Assembly: GCA_030615175.1 (NCBI GenBank)
Contig: JAUWZX010000001.1
Location: 524,044-588,043, forward strand
Length of the DNA: 64,000 bases
Origin: Candidatus Parvarchaeota archaeon
GTDB taxonomy: Archaea > Nanobdellota > Nanobdellia > WJKC01
Reading direction: 5' to 3'
Positions within the stretch are counted from its first letter, which is position 1. Each line of letters opens with the position of its first letter. Of this stretch, positions 8,801 through 17,603 are shown piece by piece. The notes beneath the pieces were generated by a model that made no database searches, had not been told where the DNA came from, and saw nothing but the letters and a program-made list of their open reading frames with translations. The translations under genes and the position numbers were made by a program.

Positions 8801-9256
8801 ATGGGGGGCGTTATTAGTTCTGCAAAGGATGAATTAAAACTCGCTGACCACATGGTTTACATAACCCTGCCTCTTTTAGGTGATAGGATGATATTCTTAA
8901 GCGCTGTAAGTCATTTAGGCAAGTCAATAAATAAGTTAATAATCGCGTACTTGGAGCGGGAGAAGAAGTTTAAGCGCTTGGAATTCGTGCCTCCAATTGA
9001 CATGGCTGTTAATTTATTCATTACGAAGTATTCTCAGAGGATAGGGGTTAATGATTATGTTAGCATGATTAAAACCATTAATTCATTTAATAATGTTAGG
9101 GCGAGGTCAAGCATAAAACTAAAAAGAGATGACAAGTTTATAATAATAAGCCCTGAGTATAATATGGTTACGCTTACAGAGGTTGAAGTCAAAAAATATA
9201 TAAGGCAGACAAGTAAATTTATTAGTGTGATGGAGGGTGTGTTAGGTGAAGTCTGA
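8801..9256 (+). CDS. Hypothetical protein (DPANN-type helical protein)
   Basis: ADHMVYITLPL motif; coupled to next ORF. Confidence 0.65.
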   Translation: MGGVISSAKDELKLADHMVYITLPLLGDRMIFLSAVSHLGKSINKLIIAYLEREKKFKRLEFVPPIDMAVNLFITKYSQRIGVNDYVSMIKTINSFNNVRARSSIKLKRDDKFIIISPEYNMVTLTEVEVKKYIRQTSKFISVMEGVLGEV

Positions 9257-9650
9257 GGAAATAATTAGTGAATTAATGATGGTTGGTAAGTACATTAATA
9301 ATTTTAGTTATATTTCAGGAACTCAGGTTAAAATGATTGTTTATCATTTAATAAGGACTCTTGATAAGGTAGCGAGTTATGTTATTGGTGAGGAAACAGT
9401 TCTTGAGAGGGATTACTTAACCTTGAGTAAGTATAGGTTATTCAGTGACATGGAGTTAGAGGATGATTTCTATGATATTTATTTTTACTTGAAGAATTTA
9501 ATGGATAAGTCAATACTTAGGGTTTCAAGCGAGGCGGTTAGGATTATTGGTTATAAGCAGACAATAACTGCTGACAGGGAGTTCTTCACTGAGTTAATAG
9601 GTAGGGTTGAAAGAATATCAAATGATGTTGCTTCTCATTTTTCTAAGTAA
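9246..9650 (+). CDS. Hypothetical protein, possible distant paralogue of upstream gene
   Basis: GTG start with GGAGG upstream, overlaps previous stop. Confidence 0.6.
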   Translation: MKSEEIISELMMVGKYINNFSYISGTQVKMIVYHLIRTLDKVASYVIGEETVLERDYLTLSKYRLFSDMELEDDFYDIYFYLKNLMDKSILRVSSEAVRIIGYKQTITADREFFTELIGRVERISNDVASHFSK

Positions 9651-9997
9651 TTGATTAATTCGCTTAGGTCTTTGTTAATGAGGTCTTTTGCTTTTGGAAT
9701 AATTTCTCCTTCATAAATTCTTAGTTTACTGAAGTCGAATTCCATTAGTCCTTCGTAGAAAGTAGATGAGTTCGCGGCGTGTATTGCTCCTGTAAATGCT
9801 TTACTTCCGAATGCGCGTCCAATAACAATGCCTAGGTTGTTTGGGTGGCGTGTATCACCTATTAGGGCAATAAAAGTTCCTCCTTTCCTGGCTTGTGTGA
9901 AGCCTGTTCTTTTTAGCAGTCCTTCCTCTCTTTTCTTCTCTAGGTATTGTACAATATCAATTTCATTGTTCAAGTATTGTTTAAATTCTTCGTTCAT
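9635..9997 (-). CDS. Hypothetical protein
   Basis: Start placed at MNEEF, about 25 nt from a TTTATAAA box. Confidence 0.55.
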   Translation of the reverse strand: MNEEFKQYLNNEIDIVQYLEKKREEGLLKRTGFTQARKGGTFIALIGDTRHPNNLGIVIGRAFGSKAFTGAIHAANSSTFYEGLMEFDFSKLRIYEGEIIPKAKDLINKDLSELINYLEK

Positions 9998-10038
9998 CAC
10001 GGAAAATGTGTAATTAATCATTTATAAACATTTCTGAA

Positions 10039-10809
10039 TTAAGGTTTTAATGGTTTCACTGGTTTCTTTATAGTTATTGGTGGCGGTATTGTTGGAGTTC
10101 TGGCTGGAGGCACTGCCCTCCTGTAAGCAGGGGGTACTGGCCTGCTGATTGGAGTTCTTGCTTGGGGTGTTACAGGCCTTCTTGGAGGATAAGTTGTGAT
10201 TCTTTCATACCTGGGCGGTCTTGCAGGCGCTGTGGTTGGAGCTGGTGCCGGCACTGCTGCCGGGATTTCTTTTGTAATTGGTTTGCCTATGCGTTTCCAT
10301 AAGTATTTGGTTAGTAAAGTCATGATTAAGTCAATTGTTGCGTAAATGATTATGAATGCGAGCAGCATTTGGAAGAATTGGGTTATGTCTGTTATTATTA
10401 GGATGTCTTGGATGAGTAGCATTGCGGCAACGTTAATGGCTGATATCTCGCCTATTCTTGCGATGTATTTAGTGATTTTTTTGCCTTGCAGTACTAGTCT
10501 CATGATGAAGACTGCGTAGACGAATAGTAGTATTACGAAGAATAGTTTCCAGATTATTAATGGGTCTGTGAAGAAGTTTTGAATGATGTATTCGCCTAGT
10601 TGGAAGCCGACCCATAGTACTGCGAAGCCGTTTAGGAATCGGTTCGCTTCATCTTCGTATTCTTTGCCTTTGGTGATGAATAGTGTTGCGAACCATGTGG
10701 TGTAGATTGGCAGTAATTGCCATAGGACTGCGAAGTTCAGTAATTGAACGCCCAGCACATTGCCCATCTGCACGAGCATTCCCCAGAGGAAATCCAGCAC
10801 AACAACCAT
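10039..10809 (-). CDS. Multi-pass membrane protein with Pro/Arg-rich C-terminal tail
   Basis: About 6 TM helices; paralogue of 61941-62567. Confidence 0.75.
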   Translation of the reverse strand: MVVVLDFLWGMLVQMGNVLGVQLLNFAVLWQLLPIYTTWFATLFITKGKEYEDEANRFLNGFAVLWVGFQLGEYIIQNFFTDPLIIWKLFFVILLFVYAVFIMRLVLQGKKITKYIARIGEISAINVAAMLLIQDILIITDITQFFQMLLAFIIIYATIDLIMTLLTKYLWKRIGKPITKEIPAAVPAPAPTTAPARPPRYERITTYPPRRPVTPQARTPISRPVPPAYRRAVPPARTPTIPPPITIKKPVKPLKP

Positions 10810-11048
10810 TCTAATATAGTGAATAAGTAGAGTAATATAAAACTTGTTTTTTACGAATTGAATTACTTATTAAAATATAATAAAAGTTTAAATTCAAGGA
10901 GAGGGAAGATTCTTTATACACTGTGGTAGCGAAATGACATCCTTTTGTTACACCCACGTAATACGAGCAAAAGTAAATCTGTTACTATAACACCCAAAGG
11001 ACAAAAAAACCAAAAAAATTTATAAGTCACTTTTTTAGCATTATAATA

Positions 11049-11195
11049 ATGAAAAGATTGTTAGAACTTTTAGTATATCCGAAGAAAGTAACAAAATGGT
11101 CTATATTTAAGTTGATAGTTAGTTCTCTGCCTTTGATAGCATTTGTAATATATGTAATATACATTATAATAGTCTCCTTGGGAAACATCCCCTAG
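11049..11195 (+). CDS. Small membrane protein (48 aa), absent from ORF track
   Basis: MKRLLELLVYPKKVTKWSIFKLIVSSLPLIAFVIYVIYIIIVSLGNIP; TTTATAA box about 24 nt upstream. Confidence 0.55.
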   Translation: MKRLLELLVYPKKVTKWSIFKLIVSSLPLIAFVIYVIYIIIVSLGNIP

Positions 11196-11293
11196 AATTG
11201 TTATAAACCTCAAATTCACGCCCTGCAATTAAGGGGTGCTAGTAAAACGAGGGATTAAAAAAGCTTTTATTTTCATGATTTTATATAGTTATA

Positions 11294-11629
11294 ATGGAAA
11301 AAAAGAAAGGGAAACAACTAGAGGGCAGAAAATATAGTATCCTAAAAACAATAATCACGGTTTTATCAGTAGCTTGGATGATTGCCTTGTTTGGGTTTTG
11401 TCCTTTGGGTGTAGGAATTTGTATTAGGGCTTCCATCTTTGCAATAGGTATCATGATAGAAATGCCTATTATCATTGCTGTTTATCTTTTGATAGATTAC
11501 GGACTTAAAGCCGTTCGGAAAAGAAATATAATATTTGGTGTTGTTGCAATAGGTTTAGGCGTTGTTTTAGGAGTTGTTTTAGGATTTATTGTCTTTATTA
11601 CTTTATTCTTTTCGCTCGGACCTGCCTAA
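11294..11629 (+). CDS. Small membrane protein (3 TM)
   Basis: Basic N-terminus then three hydrophobic segments. Confidence 0.65.
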   Translation: MEKKKGKQLEGRKYSILKTIITVLSVAWMIALFGFCPLGVGICIRASIFAIGIMIEMPIIIAVYLLIDYGLKAVRKRNIIFGVVAIGLGVVLGVVLGFIVFITLFFSLGPA

Positions 11630-11665
11630 GATTAAGAAATAATAAAGTTTTTATACGCTTGTTTT

Positions 11666-11905
11666 TTAGTCATTAATATCTAGTAACTGTTTTAGTTTTA
11701 TTTCGTCAAAGCCAACTATGATGGTGCCGTTAACGTCAATTACTGGCACGCCCATCTGCCCTGACTTAGCAATCATTTCCTGAGCAGCCGCCTGGTCAGC
11801 CCCAACATCCTTATCAATGAATGGGATTTTATGCTTTTTAAAGAAATCCTTAATCCTGACGCACCAAGGGCACGTACTCGTACTATATACGACTACTTTT
11901 ACCAT
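11666..11905 (-). CDS. Glutaredoxin-like protein (NrdH/YruB family)
   Basis: YSTSTCPWC, SGQMGVPVI, IVGFD. Confidence 0.92.
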   Translation of the reverse strand: MVKVVVYSTSTCPWCVRIKDFFKKHKIPFIDKDVGADQAAAQEMIAKSGQMGVPVIDVNGTIIVGFDEIKLKQLLDIND

Positions 11906-11919
11906 AGGAATTATAAATT

Positions 11920-13611
11920 ATGAAGTCTTTATTAATGTTATCCATGATAATAAAGCATGCAGCAAAAAAAGGATTCTTAAGCAAAGAAGTGGATTACAAT
12001 AAACATAAATTCACTCTAACTAATAAGAAAAACGCGTTCTACACATCAAACCTTGATGGAAAACAAGATTCAAGGTATAACGGGTTATACACCAGGATTA
12101 ATGATGAATACTTTAAAACACTTGAATCAATAAGGACTAATGGCGAAGTACTGGAAGCAGTGAAGTACAGGAACTCAGTTATAATAAAGAAATCCTCATT
12201 AACAGAGAATTACTACATGCCTGAAGCCATTAATGCATTAATATACGAGGCAAGAGGCAAAGGCAGACTTGAAATAATGGTTGATTACAAGAAAATATTC
12301 AGTAATGACAACACAATAAAGCCTGAAGTGAAAAGGCTTAACGGGGTCTGGACAGTGAAATTCAATAATGTTAAGCCAGCATACTTAATCACTGCAACAA
12401 ACCTGAAATTAAATGAATCAATGAATGAATCATTAATTAATTACGAATTAGACGAGCATAGGAATTCAATGCCAAGCAATAGAACAGTTTACAAAATATT
12501 TAACGCTGAAATAAAGAAGCCATTAAGAATTGCATTCATAGTCACTGATGACCTGGATAAAGGATTAAGCAGTGCAGAGGAATTACTGAAAACGAGATTA
12601 AAGAATAAGGATTCAGAACCGGTTAATGAATCATTAAAGAAACTAATATTTAATAAAAGAATAATTGCCGGGCTGCCATGGTTCATTAAGCCATGGGCAA
12701 GGGATGAATTAATATCACTAAAAGCATTATTGTTACTGGACAGGAAGGATTTATTTAAGAAAATAATAATGAATTACGTTAAAAGGATTCCTGGAAATGG
12801 TTTGTTCAGTAATAACGGCAGGGTGATGGCTGACTCGACAGGATGGCTTTCCAAAAGAATTAATGATTACTTGGATGCAGGCCTTAAATTCAGCAGTGAA
12901 GAAAGGGAATTAATAATCAATGAGTTAAGCAGGGCAGTTAAGTCAATACTAAAAGAGCGCTCGCGTAATGGTTTAATCATTAATAATGCAGGGGAGACGT
13001 GGATGGATTCATTAATGCGTGACGGTTCAAGAATTGAGATTCAAGCACTGCAGTTAAGCACTTATAAGTTAATGAGCAGGCTAACTAAAGCGCCCAGGTA
13101 CGTGGCGATGGAGCGGAAATTAAAGAAGCGAGTAATAGAGGAATTCTACAGTAACGGAGTATTACATGACTCGCCGGGTGATGAAGTATTCAGGCCTAAC
13201 GCATTCATCGCGTACTACGTGTACCCTGAATTACTTAAGAAGAGTGAATGGCTTCATTGCTTTAAGAGATTACTGGAAGAATTATGGCTGCCGTGGAATG
13301 GCTTGGCAAGCGTTAGCAGGCAAAGCATTTTATACAGGGATGTTGATGATGGCGAATCATCATTTGCTTACCATAATGGTGACTCATGGTATTACATTAA
13401 TAATATTGCAGGCATTTGCATGAATGACTTCACAGAACTACGAGAGTACGCTAATAAGATTAAGGAATCAAGCATTAATGACTTATTGTATCAGGGCTCT
13501 ATCAGTGACTGCTCAGAGATTAGTGATGCTAAAGAACAGGATAGTGGTGGCGCGTGGGCTCAGGCGTGGAGTGCTGCAACACTGATTGAATTAAGGTCTC
13601 TTGCGCCTTAA
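11920..13611 (+). CDS. Amylo-alpha-1,6-glucosidase (glycogen debranching family)
   Basis: IAGLPWF..WARDELISL, ETWMD, YHNG..W, QAWSAA; start may be 11945. Confidence 0.85.
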   Translation: MKSLLMLSMIIKHAAKKGFLSKEVDYNKHKFTLTNKKNAFYTSNLDGKQDSRYNGLYTRINDEYFKTLESIRTNGEVLEAVKYRNSVIIKKSSLTENYYMPEAINALIYEARGKGRLEIMVDYKKIFSNDNTIKPEVKRLNGVWTVKFNNVKPAYLITATNLKLNESMNESLINYELDEHRNSMPSNRTVYKIFNAEIKKPLRIAFIVTDDLDKGLSSAEELLKTRLKNKDSEPVNESLKKLIFNKRIIAGLPWFIKPWARDELISLKALLLLDRKDLFKKIIMNYVKRIPGNGLFSNNGRVMADSTGWLSKRINDYLDAGLKFSSEERELIINELSRAVKSILKERSRNGLIINNAGETWMDSLMRDGSRIEIQALQLSTYKLMSRLTKAPRYVAMERKLKKRVIEEFYSNGVLHDSPGDEVFRPNAFIAYYVYPELLKKSEWLHCFKRLLEELWLPWNGLASVSRQSILYRDVDDGESSFAYHNGDSWYYINNIAGICMNDFTELREYANKIKESSINDLLYQGSISDCSEISDAKEQDSGGAWAQAWSAATLIELRSLAP

Positions 13612-14649
13612 GAACTTGTTCCAGATAATGAATCCAACAATTATTCCAACAATTATTAATATTAAAACCCTGTTAGTCGTTAACTCAAAGTTAAACGGCA
13701 CGTAATCAATAATGCTGAACTGAGTTTTTAATTCAGTTATTTCAGTGCCGTTACTGTAATAAATAGTGATGCTGGTCACTTCAGTTTTATTCAACTCGAA
13801 AATAACTTCCCCTGTCTTATTAGCTTCTGATAATCCTTCCCTAATTATTGTCTGAAAACCTCTTGCAAAGTCAAAAGTCCTTATGTTAACAGTGTAATTC
13901 GAACCCTTGTTCCCTGAATTAGTTAATAAGAATTTAATAATAGTGTTATTAACTCCCTGCGACACATTCATGGCTGAAACATTTAATTCAATAATAGGTA
14001 TTATAACGCTTATCTCTCTTTGAATGCTTGACTGCTTGTCAGCGTAAACTCCAATAACGTTAAGCGTTGCATTATAATCACTTTCCGGTTTCTTAACAGT
14101 TATCCGCAGCGTTTTATTCTCGCTTGGCTGCACTGAGAATGTTTGAGGGATTATCGTGATATCTGATTCAGCGCCTAAGAAGTAAGTTGTGAAACTAACC
14201 CTGGTGTTCCCGTTATTAATCACTGTTAATTCAGTGCTGGTTACTTCATTAAATGTGTAAATAACATTTAATTCTGATATTTCAAAGTTTGTTAACTCAG
14301 TTATTGTAACGTTCTTGCTGCTCGTCACTGCCAGTTCTTGGAAGGCTTCAGAATTAATTATTAATCTTAACTGGTACTCGCCTGCCTCAAGGTTAGAGAC
14401 ATTATAGTATATTGATTCCTCGTAAGGTGAGTTAATGCCTGACTCATTAATGATTAAGTAATCATTTTCATCGTTAAGCAGTCTTATTGAATAATTAAAT
14501 GACTCTTCTAAGTCAAGATTTACTTCGTAATTAATTGTTAAATTATTATTAATTCCTATTGTTTCCTGCAATGGTTCAATACTGACTGTTAATCCTAGCG
14601 CGGCATTCATTATTAATAATGACGCTAGCATGACTATTATCCGCTTCAT
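13591..14649 (-). CDS. Secreted, C-terminally anchored beta-rich (Ig-like) surface protein
   Basis: Signal peptide, many NxS/T sequons, NNGN/NSGN motifs, C-terminal TM plus basic tail. Confidence 0.7.
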   Translation of the reverse strand: MKRIIVMLASLLIMNAALGLTVSIEPLQETIGINNNLTINYEVNLDLEESFNYSIRLLNDENDYLIINESGINSPYEESIYYNVSNLEAGEYQLRLIINSEAFQELAVTSSKNVTITELTNFEISELNVIYTFNEVTSTELTVINNGNTRVSFTTYFLGAESDITIIPQTFSVQPSENKTLRITVKKPESDYNATLNVIGVYADKQSSIQREISVIIPIIELNVSAMNVSQGVNNTIIKFLLTNSGNKGSNYTVNIRTFDFARGFQTIIREGLSEANKTGEVIFELNKTEVTSITIYYSNGTEITELKTQFSIIDYVPFNFELTTNRVLILIIVGIIVGFIIWNKFLRRKRP

Positions 14650-14835
14650 AACGAAATTCTTACTCAGTTCTTTTTTATAACTTTTTCTTAATCCTCTCCC
14701 TGTCCCGTAATACTTGATTTTTTTCCTAATATGAATGGATTACCGGAAAAAGGGACATATGCTATCCGCGCCTTTATAATAGGATTATTATTATTCTCTT
14801 AATCATGAACAGTATTATGGGGGGCGCTGTAGGAA

Positions 14836-15342
14836 TTGGTGATTTCCTTGCCATTACTCCATGACGACTCATTCACTAGTTTACTAAAAGCTGCCATTCT
14901 ATCTGAAGTCAGGATTAATAAAATTAATAATCATGAATTAATTAATGTTAATGACTTCTCCCTTAAGCGCTGTCTTCTGGAATGGGAGTGGGCTCATGAG
15001 CCTTCAAGTGATGTTTCAAAGTTAAGCAATGCTGTCGGATTATTCATTCTTCATGAACGTAAAGATTATGAATTATTATTCAAGGTTTTAAGGCAGGCAT
15101 TAATTAAGGGTTCTGGATTCATATTTTCAGGCTGCAGCCCTGAAGCCGTTAAGTTCTGCAGCATGGTCAGGTCTGTTCGTTCAGAATTCCATAAGGCACG
15201 CATCTTTACCAAGCTTAGAGAAGAGGGAGGCAAGTTATTCTGCAATTACTTCTTCAGTCATCGGATTAATGACTTATTAATTAATCATTTCACCAGGCAA
15301 TTCCCTGATAAGGAGGTCGTGTTTTTACAATCCAGTGAATAA
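14836..15342 (+). CDS. DUF4130-like (TIGR03915-type) protein; start uncertain
   Basis: LLHDDSFTSLLKA resembles YDGSFEGLL; VRSEFHKARIF...HRINDLLINHFTRQFP. Confidence 0.6.
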   Translation: MVISLPLLHDDSFTSLLKAAILSEVRINKINNHELINVNDFSLKRCLLEWEWAHEPSSDVSKLSNAVGLFILHERKDYELLFKVLRQALIKGSGFIFSGCSPEAVKFCSMVRSVRSEFHKARIFTKLREEGGKLFCNYFFSHRINDLLINHFTRQFPDKEVVFLQSSE

Positions 15343-15771
15343 TGGCTGCCCTGCAAAGTATAATAATCCTATTTTTGTGAAGACTGTTATCACGTCAAAC
15401 GTTAAGTTATTAAATATTGATTCCTCAGAAGTGAATCCTCTTAGAGCGTCAAGCAGTAAGTCAATTATTAGGAATGTTATTATTATTGGCATTGCATTAA
15501 TAATTGTTGCTAAAAACTTTTCCTGAATTATTAGTATTGTTTCGTGTCTGATTAGTGCTGGCAGTAACCATATCAGGGAGTATAATAACAGGTCATAAAT
15601 GAATCCTCCTACCTTCTTTACTGGCAGTGTCCCTATTGTCGCGCTTAAGAGTAGGAACAGGGTTGCGATAGTGCTTACCTGCACTGGTTCAAAGGGGGAT
15701 GTTAGTGATAATAGTACTGCGATTGAGAAGAATACTAATCCTAATATTAGTCTTGTTGTCGCGTTTAACAT
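15325..15771 (-). CDS. Membrane protein
   Basis: 4-5 TM helices, directly downstream of SPFH gene. Confidence 0.65.
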   Translation of the reverse strand: MLNATTRLILGLVFFSIAVLLSLTSPFEPVQVSTIATLFLLLSATIGTLPVKKVGGFIYDLLLYSLIWLLPALIRHETILIIQEKFLATIINAMPIIITFLIIDLLLDALRGFTSEESIFNNLTFDVITVFTKIGLLYFAGQPLFTGL

Positions 15772-15779
15772 AACCCTGC

Positions 15780-16673
15780 TTATTTTTGTGATTCAAGTAT
15801 CTTGCCTTTGAACGCGTTAACCATTCCCGTAACGTTTAATCCTGCAAGCGCTTTTCCCACATCTCCTTTCATTCCGTCAAGAATGCTCATGAATTGCATT
15901 GGGAATATTAATTTAGTTGCCTGCCCCTTGCCTAATTCCTTTAACGCTTCTAAGTATAGGTACATTATGCTGAAGTCGTCAAGTTTCTTAGCTGCCTCGC
16001 CTATGGCTTCAATTCCTACTTTCCTTGCTTCAGCCCTGAATCTTTGGGCTTGTAATTGCTGTGCTTCTATCTCTTTTGCCTGCATTGCTTCAGCTATCTC
16101 TTCTGGTGGTGTTATACCGCTTACTTGAACCATGTCAACGTCTATTCCCCACTTCATTGTTTTATGCCTTATAGCATCCTTTAGTAAGTCATTTAGTTTT
16201 CCTAAATTAGCGAATACTTCTCTCATCGTCATTGACGCTATCGTGTTCCTCGTCTCGCTTAGCACTAAATTATTTATTCCGCGCTGGTAACTCTTAACTT
16301 TCAGTATTGCTTTTTCAGGGTCAATTATTTTGTAATAATATACGCCGCTTAATTTTAGTCTTAAGTCATCGCTCGTGAACGCTACTGGGACTACCATGTT
16401 CATTGTGTGGGTGCGCACGTCTATTTTAGCGAATTCCTTTTCAAAGAATGGAATGACTATTGACCAGCCTGGACCAGCCACCCTGTTGAACTTGCCCATC
16501 CTGAATATTATTGCGCGCTCCGTTTCCTCGTATTTTTTTACGAAGAATTTGAAGAATAAGGCTATCACGATTAAGCCTCCCATTAAGTAAGTGAGTATTC
16601 TAAATGCCTGGTTGATTATCCATAATAGTATTAGTCCTATTATTCCAGCAACCACTAATAATTCTATTAACAT
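15780..16673 (-). CDS. SPFH/band 7 (stomatin-like) protein
   Basis: ERAIIFRMGKF...GPG, IDVRT, KWGIDV, PPEEIAEAM. Confidence 0.92.
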   Translation of the reverse strand: MLIELLVVAGIIGLILLWIINQAFRILTYLMGGLIVIALFFKFFVKKYEETERAIIFRMGKFNRVAGPGWSIVIPFFEKEFAKIDVRTHTMNMVVPVAFTSDDLRLKLSGVYYYKIIDPEKAILKVKSYQRGINNLVLSETRNTIASMTMREVFANLGKLNDLLKDAIRHKTMKWGIDVDMVQVSGITPPEEIAEAMQAKEIEAQQLQAQRFRAEARKVGIEAIGEAAKKLDDFSIMYLYLEALKELGKGQATKLIFPMQFMSILDGMKGDVGKALAGLNVTGMVNAFKGKILESQK

Positions 16674-16719
16674 GCTTCAATATATTAAATAGTATTACAT
16701 TCTTATATCTTTTTTGCAA

Positions 16720-16756
16720 GAACCCTTTTCTTTATAAGAAAAGCGTTCACGGAAAA
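16720..16756. repeat. REP-like hairpin element, copy 2 (intergenic)
   Basis: GAAC-C-CTTTT-CTTTATAAG-AAAAG-C-GTTC-ACGGAAAA. Confidence 0.9.
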
Positions 16757-16833
16757 GAATATTTTTTGATGGTTTTGTACCCTCTTTTTTGTAATATAAA
16801 TTTTTTTAAGCATGGTTCTGATATGTAAGTTTT

Positions 16834-17172
16834 ATGGGTTCAAGAGAGTTGGAGCAGAAACTTGATGGAATCAATAATTATTTGTCAATCATACAGGGAG
16901 TTGAAGAAATGATTGAGGACATCCTAATAAAAGCTTCAAAAAGTGAGATTAGTTTAGGAGAATACACTTACCATCTTGATTGTCATTTTTCAGGAGTAGA
17001 AGTTCTTTATCATGACATTATTGAGATGTCAAGGAGTATTCATAGGGGAGACTTGGTTGAAAAATACACTAATGAAGAAAGAATCATAAACAAGAATCAT
17101 GAAAAATTCGCAGATGACCCATTCTTGTATTTACAAATACAGGAAGAAGTGCTTAGGAGAAAGAATTTATAA
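16834..17172 (+). CDS. Hypothetical protein
   Basis: 112-aa helical ORF. Confidence 0.55.
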   Translation: MGSRELEQKLDGINNYLSIIQGVEEMIEDILIKASKSEISLGEYTYHLDCHFSGVEVLYHDIIEMSRSIHRGDLVEKYTNEERIINKNHEKFADDPFLYLQIQEEVLRRKNL

Positions 17173-17282
17173 GGATAAGTGTGAAATCAGGGTTTACTTG
17201 TTTCAATAAACTTTTTAAGTACTTATTCTCTAAGTTTCCTTTAACTACAAGTAATTACATAAAAAACGGAGGTGTTTCATTA

Positions 17283-17594
17283 ATGGCTGAAGGAACAGAT
17301 AAGAAAAGAAGGGAAAGGAAGCCCAAGGGTTATTCTGAAATTTTTATTGGCGGTAAGGCGTTCATGAATTACGTTACAGGCGTAGTTATGCAGTTTAACG
17401 GCGGTGCAGTTGATGTGTCAATAAAGGCTAGGGGTAAGTATATTAGCAGGGCGGTTGACGTTGCAGAGGTTGTTAAGAACCGATTTTTTCAGGGTGTTGA
17501 GATTAAGGACGTGAAGATTGGTTCAGAAGAGTTTACTGGCGATAATAACCGGCAGATTAGGGTGTCAACAATAGATATTGTATTAACAAAGTAA
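17283..17594 (+). CDS. albA: DNA/RNA-binding protein Alba
   Basis: IFIGGKAFMNYV, IKARGKYISRAVDVAE, VSTIDIVL; GGAGGTG SD before ATG 17283. Confidence 0.95.
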   Translation: MAEGTDKKRRERKPKGYSEIFIGGKAFMNYVTGVVMQFNGGAVDVSIKARGKYISRAVDVAEVVKNRFFQGVEIKDVKIGSEEFTGDNNRQIRVSTIDIVLTK

Positions 17595-17603
17595 AAGAAT
17601 TTT

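Noticed and set aside
9991..10006. CGTTC-ATC-ACGGAAAA resembling the tail of the shared element
   Set aside because: No upstream hairpin arm, and it overlaps a start codon on the minus strand; likely chance.
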